A stretch of 63,610 bases of DNA, counting the filler, from Octopus bimaculoides (Eukaryota): assembly GCF_001194135.2 (NCBI RefSeq). It is 6 parts of 6 records of this genome, joined end to end, with 100 filler letters (N's around TTAATTAATTAA, not from the genome) between each part and the next. Parts side by side here need not be neighbours in the genome. Positions count along the whole stretch, not along the records: positions 24,665 to 34,063 come from NC_068996.1; positions 34,164 to 48,025 come from NC_069008.1; 4 more parts are not named here. One strand, written 5' to 3'. This document shows, in pieces, positions 25,666-39,737 of this stretch. Both the position numbers and the translations under genes were made by a program. The first letter of the stretch is position 1; each line of letters begins with the position of its first letter. Below the pieces are notes generated by a model. That model had not been told where the DNA came from. It saw nothing but the letters and a program-made list of their open reading frames with translations, and searched no databases.

Positions 25666-27598
25666 TTCAGAAGCACTTATACTAGAAACGGTTCGTTTAG
25701 TACTAGAAAGTATAATTTAAGAAAAAAAAAAAAAAAAANNNNNNNNNNAAAAAAAAAAAAAAAAAAAACCCCAAACAAACAAGATTTGAGATCAGAACCA
25801 GACGTCAGCAGAAAGCAAGGAGTGAAGTTAGAGACGCTTTCTCAAAGCGTGTAGCTGTTGTTGTTGTTACTATTGCTGTTTAATCCAGATTAGTTATGAT
25901 TAGCAGAATTATGATCAAAGAGTTGTAGCCCTGGCTATCCTATTTCTTTTTTTCAGACACAGTAAATCTAGGACTACAGTATGCAGTGTTATTCATTATA
26001 TTTATCTTTAAAGACAACAGAGTTTGGTTTATGATAGATTTGGCTTCTATTTTTTGCAAATTCGACGACCACGTACACGTAGACTCCTACACCGATTGTG
26101 TTTATTTACAATGGTTAGCTCATACACATAGGCTGGTACATATATGGAACCCACACATACACACGCAGACGCACACATGTACCAACTAGATGATAAATTG
26201 AAAGACTACTGGCTTATGGTCATGTCTTTACGTTCTCTAATTAGCGTCTACAACTTTATTTAGACAATTATTCTTTGGCGTCTCTGTATTTTTTGCAAAG
26301 GAAAAATAACAAAAATCCGATTAATTTCACTTATTTTACTCGAAAAACTTTTCTTCTAAATATTCTTTAAAAAATAAGAATAAAAAAGTGGATCAAAATT
26401 CTAATAACACAATACCTTTATTTTCTTTTTGTTCTGGAAATTGGAGGAAAATTATATATATATATATATATATAAAGAATTAGAATAATGAAAAATTCTT
26501 CGAAAACTTGGCGACTGACAGCAAATTGACGGATTCGTAGCGTAGAAAAATAAAAAAAAGATGTAGAAATTTCTGTTTTGGATTTTGGCGTTTTGAGTTC
26601 AAAATTCCACCGAGGTTAGTTTTACCTTTAATTTCCCCAGGATAAATAAAATTAAGTCTGCACTTTGTTTTCTTTATTAGAAACATATTTTTATTAATTT
26701 TTATTGTATTTTGTTTTCAATTTGATCCGGATCTTATTGGTCTAATCACCTATGTGGTTTACCTACCCTAAAAGACGAAACATTTGGAAAAAATGTTTTT
26801 TTTTTTTTCTGAGATGTTGAACATTTTCCATATGGCGTCGTCTTCGCTCCTGAACTAAGAAAAGAGGAGACTTTGAGGATGAAAATGTCTTTCGGCGTCC
26901 TTTTCTCCCGTCAAATTTTCCAAACACAAATAAAGTAGCAGCAGTCTTTCGTCTGTCCTAACGTTCAGACTTCAAAACCGCCGATGTCAACTTCTATCCT
27001 TTTGATGGTCGATAAAATAAATACCAAATGTTTCATGAGGCTGTAGGCAGATGNNNNNNNNNNNNNNNNNNNNNNNNNNNNNNNNNNNNNNNNNNNNNNN
27101 NNNNNNNNNNNNNNNNNNNNNNNNNNNNNNNNNNNNNNNNNNNNNNNNNNNNNNNNNNNNNNNNNNNNNNNNNNNNNNNNNNNNNNNNNNNNNNNNNNNN
27201 NNNNNNNNNNNNNNNNNNNNNNNNNNNNNNNNNNNNNNNNNNNNNNNNNNNNNNNNNNNNNNNNNNNNNNNNNNNNNNNNNNNNNNNNNNNNNNNNNNNN
27301 NNNNNNNNNNNNNNNNNNNNNNNNNNNNNNNNNNNNNNNNNNNNNNNNNNNNNNNNNNNNNNNNNNNNNNNNNNNNNNNNNNNNNNNNNNNNNNNNNNNN
27401 NNNNNNNNNNNNNNNNNNNNNNNNNNNNNNNNNNNNNNNNNNNNNNNNNNNNNNNNNNNNNNNNNNNNNNNNNNNNNNNNNNNNNNNNNNNNNNNNNNNN
27501 NNNNNNNNNNNNNNNNNNNNNNNNNNNNNNNNNNNNNNNNNNNNNNNNNNNNNNNNNNNNNNNNNNNNNNNNNNNNNNNNNNNNNNNNNNNNNNNNNN

Positions 27599-27636
<38 letters not shown>

Positions 27637-29831
27637 TATGCGTGTGGCTATGTTTGTATGTTTGTGTTTGTCTCCCACCATCGCTTGACAACCGATGCTG
27701 GTGTGTTTACGTCCCAGTAATTTAGTGGTTCGGTAAAAGTGAGCGATAGAATAAGTACCAGGCTTACAAAGAATACGTCCTGGGATCGATTTGTTCGACT
27801 AAATGCGGTGGTCCAGCATAGATAGGCGCAGTCAAATGACTGAAACAAGTAAAATAATAAAAGACTAAAAGAAACTATCACGAAGGCGGTGATTTGGCAG
27901 AAACGTTAGCACGCTAGACGAAATGTTTAGTGGTATTTCAACCGTCGCTACGATCTGAGTTCGAATTCCGTCGTGGTCGACTTTGCCTTCAATCCTTTCG
28001 GGTTTGATAAATTAAGTATGAGTGAAACACTAGGCTCGGTGCAATCGACTAGTTCTTTCCCTTCAAATTTGTGCCTTTAATAGAAAGGATTATTATTATT
28101 TTTTTTAAGGCGGTGAACATGTTTTTTAAGGCGGCGAAATCCGTTAGCACGTCGGGACAAATTACTTAGTAGCATTTCTTTCCGGTTCATTACTTTCTGG
28201 GCTCAAAATCCCAAGAGGTCAACTTAGCGTTTCATTTAATCAGGGCCGATAAAATAAAGTACCAGTCAAGTACTGAGGTCGGTGTAATTGTCTCGCTCTC
28301 TCCTTGTAAAGTTGTAATCCCTGTACCAAAATCTGAAACTATTATTGTTGCTGATTTTTTTCTTTTTGTTGTTGTTTTTGATTGCATCAAGCACATTTCC
28401 TTTGGCTCATCTCGATCGGGAAATATTATCAGTTGAAATTAAGTAGGAAATATTTTTAGCATAGAATTTCTAACATAGAATGTAAAGAAAAATAAGAATT
28501 TGTTTGCCGTTTATTCTCCCGTGTTAGGAAAAAAAAAAAAAAATTTGCGAAGAACAAAATTGGCCTTTTCTATTATACATAAACAAACTGGTTACAGCGT
28601 TTAAAAACGCCTCCTCAAAATATCCGAAAGAAAACAATTACATTTTTACAGAGAATTGACAAAAAAAAAAAAGAAAAAAAAAACCAGAAAAAGATAATTG
28701 ATTTATTTCACAAGAAAAATATTGGATTTCTGATAGAAAATGACTCAAATAACGACAATAACTCAAACATACATGTGTCCCTAAACGGAGGAAATAATGG
28801 AAAGGTCCACTTAAGAAACAAGGGAAGCATTTCCAAACCTGTCTTCTTTTGCTGGAACTACCTCAAAGAGGCAGATCATAGGTATAAACTATCTGGATGT
28901 GAAACATTTTGCCTAGCAGAAATGCATGACAATGGAATCTACATCACTACCACAGTCTCTTAGAAAACAAGAATTCAAGAGCTTTTCACCTACACTCGAA
29001 AGAGCAATTTCAGGAAGCTCTAGATAATGAATAGAATAATATAATTTCTATCAGTCATGGGAGAGACTATGAAATCAAATACGTAATATTCAAAACAGAG
29101 GATGTGATAAAAAAATATCAAGCTGAATTGGTATCCTACGCAACAGTGCAGAAGTTAACCCGTACATAAAAGGCACAGCAGAAGGTGGTTATGGCAAAGT
29201 ATATTAGGAACGTCATTAAACTTTGGATGTCGCTACTTTGCAGTGCAGAACGAACATATGCTAATTTGGCATATGATTGGGCGACGTCCATATGTATATG
29301 GAAGTCATACTGATCTCTGTGTACGATAGAGTAACTCCGGCGCTGTGCTACGTCGTAGTCAGTGCAGAAAGCAAATCTTGAGACTGATGGTACAGAGTAA
29401 TACTTGTGACAGAAAGAAACACGATTGCGAGATCGTGGGTTCGGTTCCTTCCCTGACCGGGCGTTGTGTTGTGTTCTTGTGCAAAGAGATTGTTTTGTCA
29501 TCTCACATGTGGCACACGGTTCACCTGTACAGATAATGTATATTTGATGGAGGGAGTGAGCTTATGTCTACACAAATATTTGATTATCATAAACAAATCA
29601 TCTGTGAGGTTGTTCAGTAAGAAATTGTCGAACCCTCATACGCCATTTAACGACAGGAGAGTCTATCATTCAGATCGACCCCAGAACTTATTCTTTGTAA
29701 GCCTGGTACTTATTCTGTCGGTCACTGTTGCCGAACCACTATATTACGAGGACGTAAACACACCAACATCGGTTGTCAAGCAATGGTAGGGACACACACA
29801 CAGACACACGAATACATACATACATACATAC

Positions 29832-29863
<32 letters not shown>

Positions 29864-30649
29864 ATATATATATNNNNNNNNNNNNNNNNNNNNNNNNNNN
29901 NNNNNNNNNNNNNNNNNNNNNNNNNNNNNNNNNNNNNNNNNNNNNNNNNNNNNNNNNNNNNNNNNNNNNNNNNNNNNNNNNNNNNNNNNNNNNNNNNNNN
30001 NNNNNNNNNNNNNNNNNNNNNNNNNNNNNNNNNNNNNNNNNNNNNNNNNNNNNNNNNNNNNNNNNNNNNNNNNNNNNNNNNNNNNNNNNNNNNNNNNNNN
30101 NNNNNNNNNNNNNNNNNNNNNNNNNNNNNNNNNNNNNNNNNNNNNNNNNNNNNNNNNNNNNNNNNNNNNNNNNNNNNNNNNNNNNNNNNNNNNNNNNNNN
30201 NNNNNNNNNNNNNNNNNNNNNNNNNNNNNNNNNNNNNNNNNNNNNNNNNNNNNNNNNNNNNNNNNTATGAATGAGTAACAAAGACGTACAGGTGTCAATT
30301 CATTACGGCCGTTTCCAACTACTCATTGAATTGATTAATAAGAACATTATATGATTGTAAAAAAACCGTTTGTGTCAGATAAATTCATGATCTTCAAACA
30401 TAAAGGACAGTTCAACTTATTCAACATAGTTAACAAATTCACTGCAAAGATATTTACATTGATCCTGTTATCATTCAGTGTGCAGAATGAACTTATCAGA
30501 ATAGTGTATATTTGGTCAGAACAAAGAAGATTTAGGGGTTATTAGAGTTTATAGTAGGGGGATGATATAATTGACCCAAGTGACCCAGTTATCAAAATTC
30601 TAACAATAGAGAAAGGATCGGCTCCGATCGTCTAGATTTTTATCTCAAG

Positions 30650-33580
30650 TTGTTTATATGTACAGGTCAGTGGTGAGAGAAGCAATTTATGCCAGGTCAG
30701 CCTGCAGAATTGGCAATAATAATCTACATCAGCTTATTTGCATACGGGCCATATATTTGCTATGGAAATGTCTCTGCTCCCATTTATCAACCAATTGCTG
30801 GAGCGCTATTTTTCTTAGCCATTGATTTCACCTTCACAACGACAGTTGTTGCACTTTCTTCATGTTATTCAGCGTGGGTATCATGCATGAGATAACTAAG
30901 CAAAGATTTTGCTCTCCTTTATGAGAGAATGAGGCTTCTTCAACGAGTTTCAGCATTCAATCGTTTGTTGTTTCAAGATATTCGGCCAGTTCAATTGTGA
31001 TGGTTTTGATAGAAATTTTAAACTAGATCAAGACTCAACCTCTTTGGGCTCTGGAATGGTAAAGACAGTTCACGTCTGCCTTTGAGTAGTGCATCTTATA
31101 ACAAATTAGTAGTTTATGTATTTTCCTGTCAATTTTCTTTATTTCACCGATATTCCGGTTCAATACATTGAAGTTATATGTAACAGTTGGGACTGCTAAG
31201 GAGTTTGTGACTAACACTTTGTTAGGTGCATTCATTTTAGATTTCAGGACTGCTCGAACTCTCCTATAACATTCCTTTCTGATCTTCTCTTTCATGCTTG
31301 CATGCTGAATGCCAGAGCCATCATTTATTCTTGGTATTTGTAGGTTTGTTTCATTACTGTATCAACATCTTACACGACTGAATTTGTGGTCTTCAATTTC
31401 TCTTTTTGAAAAATTGCCTTGGCACATTTATCAGGACCAAGCTCCATCCCGGTGTCATCACTGAATGCTTTCGCAATACGCAATAGGCCTTCAAGCTCAT
31501 CATTATCGTTGCCATATTGTTTTACGTCATCTGTATGAAATAGATGGCTTATTTTTCTTATTACCAATTTTATACCCATACTCTTCTCTGTTAAGTCCAC
31601 TTGCAAGATATCAATATTATCTGAAGCTAGTACGTCATTTGAGTGATATAATTGGAGATCCGTATTCCACAATGACATATTACGTTTCAGGAAGATTGAA
31701 ATCACAGGAGAAATTTTGAAGATGTGCAGAGATTTCAAGATCCAGGAATGCGATACAGTGTCGAAAGCCTTTTTGTAATCAATTCATGCGGAACTGAGAC
31801 TTCTGCACTTGTTTTGACCATTCTTAAGGATAATGTAATTAATTAGGAGTTGATCTTTGAATCAATATGAGCCTCGGCGGCTCCCCTTTTGTTCAGTGGG
31901 GAAAATATCGCTCTATTCTACAAATGCACATGTTTTCTCCACGATGATAGATGTTAAAATTTAATAAGTGGCAGATCAACAGGTTATGGGCCGAAGTACT
32001 TTGAAACTTTGGTTTCATTATTCTTTGGGAGTAGGTAAGTAATACTACTTATTAACCAGTCAGATGCTTTCTTAGAATCTCTCTCTTAATTTCCTTGAGC
32101 ATCTTACGGGAGCGATGAGAACCAGGAATTTGGCATTCTATCTTTATCGGGAATTTCCATTTGGAAGACGTCGTGAGTGTCATTCTTAGATCTACTACTG
32201 TGATGTCATCCCAAGTTTGTTCTAGTAAATTTTTGTAGGATTCTTCTGTGCATCTAATCCAATCTGCAATTTCATTGTATGTCTTCTCATCACTCCAAAT
32301 CTTTATCCAAAAAATGTCAACTTCTTACACTGGAATGGGGGGGGGGGGTCTTCAACGGTTATTTTTTTCCTTCCCTATTTCTCTAGAGAATGTTTTCGTA
32401 TTAGAATATGAACAGCTTATTTTGCTTGTAAAACTTGCCACTCTTCTCATATCTTCGAATTCTTTGAGCTTTTGCTTGAACTTTTTGTTTTAGTGCTTCT
32501 TTTGTTGAAAACAGTTCTTCTCTTGGTGAGAATCTATATTTTTCTCTTCATCTTTCTTCTTTTTTTTAATCATACATAGTCACCATAGATTAGTTCATTC
32601 AGTATTGATATTTCCCCTCTCATTAATTCAATATCTTTTTTCAATTTTACTTGTCCAGTGGATTTCTTCCCAGGTTTGTCGTCATTGTCTTTTTTCAGAA
32701 GCATACAACTGGTTTCAATTACCTTATCAGATGCTTAAATAATTTCATTTATCTCAATAAGATTAGGTTTAAATTCTTGTATGATTTCTTTTGTTAAATA
32801 GTTGTGAATTTTAATTTGTCTTTTATTTCGGCTTATGTTTGAGAGCTTATGAAGTGGTTCTCTATCCTCCATACGTGCATGCCTTAAAACTTCATACTTA
32901 TTCAAGATTTCTGCTTCATTTCCATCATAAACTCTCTGCATTCTTTGACAAATACTGTTGCTTTATCAATTTCCAGGCATCTTTATCAAGTTCATTAGAA
33001 TTTATTTCTTCAGGCCTTTGCGTGATTTGGTCAGATGGCAGTCTTTCAATTAAGACTCGTGGCGGGATGCTTTCTTCATCTGATTCTTCAATTCTTTCCT
33101 GTCTTATATTTTGGTCGTTTCTGTTGCGTGTTTGATTGTGATAATTTCGCTATTTGTGAATCTATTATTTCTAAAGATATCCCTCCTAACGATTGCGAAC
33201 TTGTTTACATCCAAATAGAGTCTACTGTCCTGATTTTGCGTTCTCCATATTTTGTAAAACTTAATGGCGTGTCTCTATTGAGATGACCTAACGAATGCAT
33301 AGGAGTAAGCGTGTATTACTTCTTTATTCTCTTCTCGGGTTTATTTGATCCTTCTACCTTTTTCTGTGGTAGTTGTGGAGGTGAACTTGGAGGGCTCGAG
33401 TTGGAGCAGTTCCCATTCAAGCGATCATCCAGGTTCGTATTCAGAGAAGAGTTTGTTCCAGTGGATGATTTTTCGACTCGAGGCTGGTTTACCCATGAGG
33501 GGCACGTTTTCAGATTAACCATAGGACAAGCGATTTGGCGTACTGTTTGAATTTTCCTTCTTGTTTCATAAAACATATTT
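30650..33580 (-). mobile_element. Decayed R4/Dong-clade non-LTR retrotransposon (N-terminal region, RT and post-RT domain)
   Basis: Frame-broken pieces include NKFAIVRRDIFRNNRFTNSEI, FWIKIWSDEKTYNEIADWI, DWLIRSITYLLPK, HLFHTDDVKQY...GMELGPDKCAK and MKEKIRKECYRRVRAVLKS...KADVNCLY. These are colinear with the copy at 62436-63610. Confidence 0.85.
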
Positions 33581-33715
33581 GTGCCACATTAATAATATTA
33601 TCACTGAGCCCTGTGTGGCTAATGAAGAAACAGTTATTACATTATTTACTTTATTTACAATTGACGGATATTTGTCCTCATCTTTTTTGTTGATATACCC
33701 TCCAGCCTTCATCAG

Positions 33716-33875
33716 GTGATCCTTGGTACCCTGAGAACTCTTCCTACATCTTTTTTGTTCCCTTGGTAGTATTTCTTCTTGTGCCATGAAAGTGTATGCC
33801 TTTGCCACGCATATTCCAGTGAGTATCTTCGAGATTATTTTTAGGCATACTATGGGATGGTAGTTTCCCACGAGA
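33716..33875 (-). mobile_element. Short R4/Dong-type RT fragment
   Basis: NYHPIVCLKIISKILTGI...EEILPREQKRCRKSSQGTKDHL corresponds to the NYRPITCL...EQKGCR...GCKDQL RT motifs. Confidence 0.75.
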
Positions 33876-33938
33876 GTTGTTATTGAGATCCCATCTCTCT
33901 CTTTCTCTCTTTATTTGTATATACACGTGCACATGTAT

Positions 33939-34046
<108 letters not shown>

Positions 34047-34239
34047 CGGCGGCGAGCTGGTAGNNNNNNNNNNNNNNNNNNNNNNNNNNNNNNNNNNNNN
34101 NNNNNNNTTAATTAATTAANNNNNNNNNNNNNNNNNNNNNNNNNNNNNNNNNNNNNNNNNNNNAAAAGGCTTCACACAGACACACGACTTCAGATTTATA
34201 TATTAAGATATATATATACATATTGTCTTTTTTCTTTTT

Positions 34240-34635
34240 ATCTTTTTACTTTTTTCAGTCATTTGACAGTGGCCATGCTGGGGCACACTTTGAAGGAGTT
34301 TTAGTCAAACAAATTAACCCCAGGACTTATTTTTTAAAAATCTGGTACTTATTTCATTGGCCTGTTGCTGAACTGCTAAGTTATGGTGATGTAAACACAC
34401 CAACACCAGTTGTCTAGCGGTGGTAGACACACACACACACACACTCACAGATATATACATACATATATATATGATGGGTTTCTTTCAGTTTCTGTCTACC
34501 AAATCCACTCACAAGGTTTTGGTTGGCCTGAGGCAATAATAGAAGACACTTGACCAAGGTGTCATATGATGGGACTGAACCCAGAAACAAGTAGTTGGGA
34601 AGCAAGCTTCTTACTACACAGGGAAGCTTGCACCT
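34240..34635 (-). mobile_element. SINE family B copy with pervasive CpG decay
   Basis: Colinear with 22191-22594, but almost every CpG is replaced by TpG/CpA (for example tatgatggg for tacgacggg and gttatggtgatgta for gttacggggacgta). Confidence 0.8.
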
Positions 34636-34644
34636 AATACACAA

Positions 34645-34685
<41 letters not shown>

Positions 34686-34686
<1 letters not shown>

Positions 34687-34980
34687 CGGAGTAATTGCAC
34701 TAAGCAGTGTTCACGTATAATCACAATTTAGGTTAGTTGAAATATGTTTGTCAGTTCGTTCAGGGTTGCCACTCTTAGGTACGTCTGATTGACAAGAGTC
34801 AATAAACTTGAAACATCGATGTCTCAGATTCCTGAGAGAGGGTGACACTGAATGAACGGGGTGTTTTCACACCTTTTACCATAAGAGAGCATTTTTTCTC
34901 CACAGTAACTGCAGTGTATTTGCTTTCAACTAACCTAAATTGTGATTATACATAAACACTGCTTAGCGCAATTACTCCAA
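34686..34980. mobile_element. MITE with about 57-bp TIRs and a TA target-site duplication
   Basis: 34688-34742 is the reverse complement of 34924-34978 with 3 mismatches in 55 nt. TA lies immediately outside both ends (34684-85 and 34981-82). Confidence 0.8.
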
Positions 34981-35049
34981 TATTTTTCTTGATCGAGCGA
35001 TCTACTATCGCAAATCAGTCAATGTGTTGGCTGAATTATATATAATGTT

Positions 35050-38000
35050 ATATGCTTTATCAGTTTGTTCAGGGTTGCCCATCTTAGCTACATCTTGTTT
35101 GGCTGCTGCTGCTTTTGTGAGTTCTTTCTGTTAAATTAATGTTTATTTGTTATTGCACTGTTTGTTGCATTTGTTGGAATTGAACTGTCATTGTTCTGTG
35201 AACAGTAATTTTCACCCTACAGGGCAGAAAATTGTGCTATCATTATTGTTAGGAAAATGATTACTGTTGGACTGTTTTTATGAACTCTGTTATTTTTCAC
35301 CCATTGCAGGGTAAAAATATTTAGTTTGGCAAAAATTATTTTTTGCTTGAAAAATTTGTGGTTTATTTCCTGTTGAAGGAAGCCATTTTTGCAAATGGAG
35401 CTTAACTTTTTGTCGAGAGATTTCCCCGAAATGGAAAAGATATTTAATATTGAAAGCGTGCAACAACGGAAACAAGGAAAAATCCAGTTTTTCGGCCGCA
35501 GTGGGCGATAACATGATTGAAATGAATGTTACTATGGAACAGTTGTTTAAGTATTGTAATATAATTAAGAAAAATGGTAATGATACCAAATTACTGCCCC
35601 TGCAGGAAATGGTACAAAATTTAGTGGCACGAACAGTGGTTTATAAGATATACAATATAAAGGAGAAAAGAATTATGTCAGTAAAGAATTGTCACCAATT
35701 TTAAATCAAATTACTTACATAGGACATCATATAAGGAGTGCCACAATAGAAGCACAGAACCATGAAAATAACAGTGGAAGAAATACCAGCGGGGTACAAT
35801 GCGATATGGATAGTGGCAGCCATAATTTACAATATGGCGGAAAAGATGGGAATATTGCAAATGAAGAAAAAGGAAGCTGTGAATTGGAGAGGACAGAGTC
35901 TTGAGATGCTGGTACAGGCTTCAAACGAAGTGCTAGAAACACTGCCCGATAGAGTTTTATAAGGGAGGGGCTGAGCGTCAGAGTTGCAGTCGTGGAACAT
36001 AGGCCTTGATGCTACAAGTGTGGCTCACAATGAGAGGAAAAAAAAAAAAAGAGTGAAGCCCCTCCTCAAAAAGAAAAGAACACCAAGAAAAGAAAAAAAG
36101 AGAAAGAAAAAAGAACAGAAAAAGCAGAAGAAAAGCAGGCAAAAGAAGAGAAACAAAAAACCCAAGGAAAAAACTGAAGACACAACTCCAATGACAGAAG
36201 AGGTGATGGATTTTACCACAGTCACATCACACAAGAGAAAAAAGGCCCAAGCCCTAGACTCCCCTCCCCAGACAGAAAACAAGCAAACACACTGCAGACA
36301 CACAGGAAAAAAACGCCCTACACCACCCCCATGTTAAAAACTCCTTGCCAAACCCCTCCACAAAAGAAAAGAAAAATAATTTCTTTTAATGAAAAAACAG
36401 TGATAACAACAATAATTCGAGCACATCACAAGGCTCGTGTATATAAAGCAACAAAAGACATACCACCTCATATTACCGTTGTGAGAATAAATGTGGGGTT
36501 GTTTCAAGAATTGAGAGGGAGATACCCCCGATGACATTAAAGACGTAAGCCAGGAGATGGTGGACAAAAAGTTTTTGGTTAGCTCAGCAGCTACACTGCA
36601 GAAAGAAGATGGGGAGGATGCCAAATTTGTGCAGCCCTTCCCCAAACTTAAAATATAAGTAACTTTTACCATGGAGATTAAGTTAGGTTGCATAAATGTG
36701 CATGGCCTGAGGTTGAAATGGAAACGAACTTGTCTCCTGAACGACCTTAGGTCACTAGATATAGATGGCTATGAGAAATTTAATTCTCCTAGTCGGTGAG
36801 GAGGTGGGAGTGTAGTGGTCCTTCAGGTTGGTAGCTGTCTACACTCTTAAAGAGTGTAGACTCTTTAGGAGTGTAGACAAGCTGGTTTTTTTCTGGGACC
36901 TGGAGAACTTCTTAGTGACATCAAAAACTCTAGTTTTACTAGGAGACTTTAACACTATTCTCGATGCACGGGTGGATAGTGTTGACTTGATTAATAGGGG
37001 AGACCCTGGCCTCAACAGGCTACTAGGAAGCTATAACCTAGTAGACCGATATAGACTGGATGAACCGCTCATTCCACAGTGGACGTGGACTAATAATGAC
37101 AGTTCACACAAATCTTATTTAGATAGGATATTCGTTTGAGATAGAGATAGGAATATGTTTAGTTGTCCACGCTTTTGTTGTGTCCCTTACATGGATCACA
37201 AGTTTGTGACATGTAAGGTGTACTAAGATAAGTGTCATAGGCAGGGACCAGAGTACTGGAAGATGAACAAGTCTATTTTGACTTGTAAAACCTTCCGTGC
37301 CCATGGAGTTAGTGCAGAGGGCATTATGCGGTGCCATCAAGCAAGCCATTTGTTCTGAGTCTGTTAAATTTAGTAATCAGCTAAGTTTAGAGAAGACTAA
37401 ACTAGAAGGGAACCTAATTAAGGAATTAGATGAGGCCATGGAATCTGGCTCTACATCCAGAGTGATGGCAGCGAGAGTGGTTTTATTCCATCATCTCAAA
37501 GCCAAACATGAAAGGTGTAGAGTCTGAGATAAGCTACATGCAGTGGGGAGAGAGGGTATTAACGTTGCCGGATGGGCACGTCGTGTGGAGGGTTGGAGAT
37601 GCAGAGAAGCCTCTATAAAGTCTTTAACAGACGGACATGGGTGTGCGTTTGAAGGACAGGAGATGCAAAAGGCTTTTCACCAGCATTTCACCCAGTTGTT
37701 CAGGGAGAGCGGCCCGTCGGATCATAGGAAGTCCCTGAGGGACTTCCTTGCCGGTGGGCCACAACTCTCGGCATGGGAGGCAGAATGCTGTGAAGGGCCA
37801 ATTACAGCTGCAGAGGTTGAAAAGGTGCTGGCTACGTGTGCCAGGGCTGGATGGTCTGCCCTTTTAATTTTATCGTAGTATGCTGGACTTGTTCAGACAC
37901 TTGCTGGCCTGCGTCTGGCAGCAGAATGGGAGGATTCCCAGCTCTGTGAGTCGGGGAGTGGTAACGCTGATCACAAACCACCCAAGCAAGGGGAATCATA

Positions 38001-39719
38001 TTAGTAATTTTAGGCCCATAACTCACTTAATGTAGAGTTAAATATTTTGACCAAGGTGCTTGCAAAAAGGTTGACGCATGTCATGGAGAAACTTGTAGGG
38101 AAGGCGCAGACATGCACCATCCCAGGCAGGTCAATCCAGGACAATCTTCATCTCTTACGCTACACCTTCGATAAGGTTGGTAAATTATCTGGTAAAGGTG
38201 GGACACTGGTCCATTTAGACCAAAGTAAAACTTTTGATAGGGTAGATCACCTGGTGGCGGTCCTCTGGGTGGTTGGGCTAGGCTGAGATTTCTGTGGTTG
38301 GATCACTGCCACTTATGGCAGTCCAGATAAATGGTTACTTGTCGGTGCCGTTTGAGATCAAGCGCTCGGTTTGTCAAGGGTGCCCTCTGTCTCCGCTTCT
38401 GTATGTACTGACTCTTGAGCCATTGCTGCAGAAGTTGGAGAATTTGGGGGGCATCACCAATGAAATTGGATGTGGTAAGTCTGTTTCTGCATATGCAGAT
38501 GACATCACCATGTCCAATGAAGCTCAGCTACCTTGTGTAGAGGATGTAATCAAAGGATACAAGACGGTGACAGAGGCAAAAGTTAACAAGGACAAGTCCA
38601 TCCTCTTGCGGCTCGGCACTCGGTATACTGTCAAGAACTGCTTAAGGGTGGGTTAGGGATGTCATGGCTAATGATGTGCAGGCATGCACTGAGGCTAAGG
38701 CATCTCTGGTTCTACCTAGATGGTGGCCAGGTGTGGAATTCACAAGTGGAGGAATTCTTTCCATGACCAGCCTCCTTGGAGGAATTCAAACTCAATTTTA
38801 TTAAAAGACATAATACGACTGAATGACAAAAGGAGTGCCGATAGGCACTTGTGCTAATCCACAAGGCAGGCAAAGCTGGCAGCGGGAATTTTATAAAGGG
38901 CTGGTAGTGTTTAAGAGTGATGACGTCCTAGGAGGGACTCTGGGGCTTGAGGAGAACCAGCTAGCCAACCTATTCCAAAGAACTTTCAGGCCGAGGTACT
39001 TGGATAGCTACCAAAAATTCCTGACCTGGCAGTGCTACAGGAACACGTTACCTGTTCGTGAAAAATTGTCCAGGCATGGAATATCAGTGCCATTAGCATG
39101 CCCAAAGTCCAGGCAGGACGATGAAACTGTCCTGCACACTCTTGTACAGTGCTCAGAGCTTTCGGGTTTGATCATTTATGTAGAACATGTGTTGTTGCAT
39201 TTAGGAAGAGTACAGCTATCAGCTGAGTCTATGATAAAAATTGTACCATCAACTAGACTATCAAAGGAAGGTGAGGCATGCTTTTTGTGTACAGTTGCAG
39301 TGTTGAAAGAGTGTGTATGGAGAACTAGAATGCAATGACTTGTGACAGGATCCTTCATCTCCGGCCCTGGCTTGCTGTATTACTTCAGATATCATCTGAA
39401 GAGCAAGATAGGGCTGGAAAGGAGACACCTGTCATGAAGTATATTCAAGAAAAGATGCAAGGAAGTTGGGCGTGAATGACCCTACTTAATCTCATTCTAG
39501 GTAAAAGCAAGGTGTAGCTACTAGACTTCATGGTTAATGTGTAATGTGTAAAAGGTACAAAAATTAATGTGTAAAAGGTACAAAAATTTTAAAATTCTTA
39601 TATACATCATCTGATTTTTAAACCCATTATAATATGAACTCATAATTGCATTATTTCTTTGTAATGTCCTGTATTGTCCTATTTTATGTAAGACAATGAT
39701 TATCATAATAAAGAATCAC
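35050..39719 (+). mobile_element. Near full-length but decayed L1/Tx1-like LINE (ORF1 remnant, APE endonuclease, RT, C-terminal zinc-finger region)
   Basis: APE start MEIKLGCINVHGL at 36671, then LVLLGDFNTILD, WTWTNNDSSHKSYLDRIFV, RT motifs VHLDQSKTFDRVDH, QGCPLSPLLYVL and SAYADDIT, and C-terminal WQCYRNTLPVREKL...CPK...ETVLHTLVQC. Lys-rich ORF1 pieces lie at 35450-36660, and the element ends in aataaagaa at about 39709-39717. Many stops and frameshifts. Confidence 0.88.
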
Positions 39720-39737
39720 CTCTTAGGTATATCTGAT

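Noticed and set aside
28775-28963. Possible degraded RT fragment
   Set aside because: Only vague resemblance to RT domains 4-5 and no intact motif.
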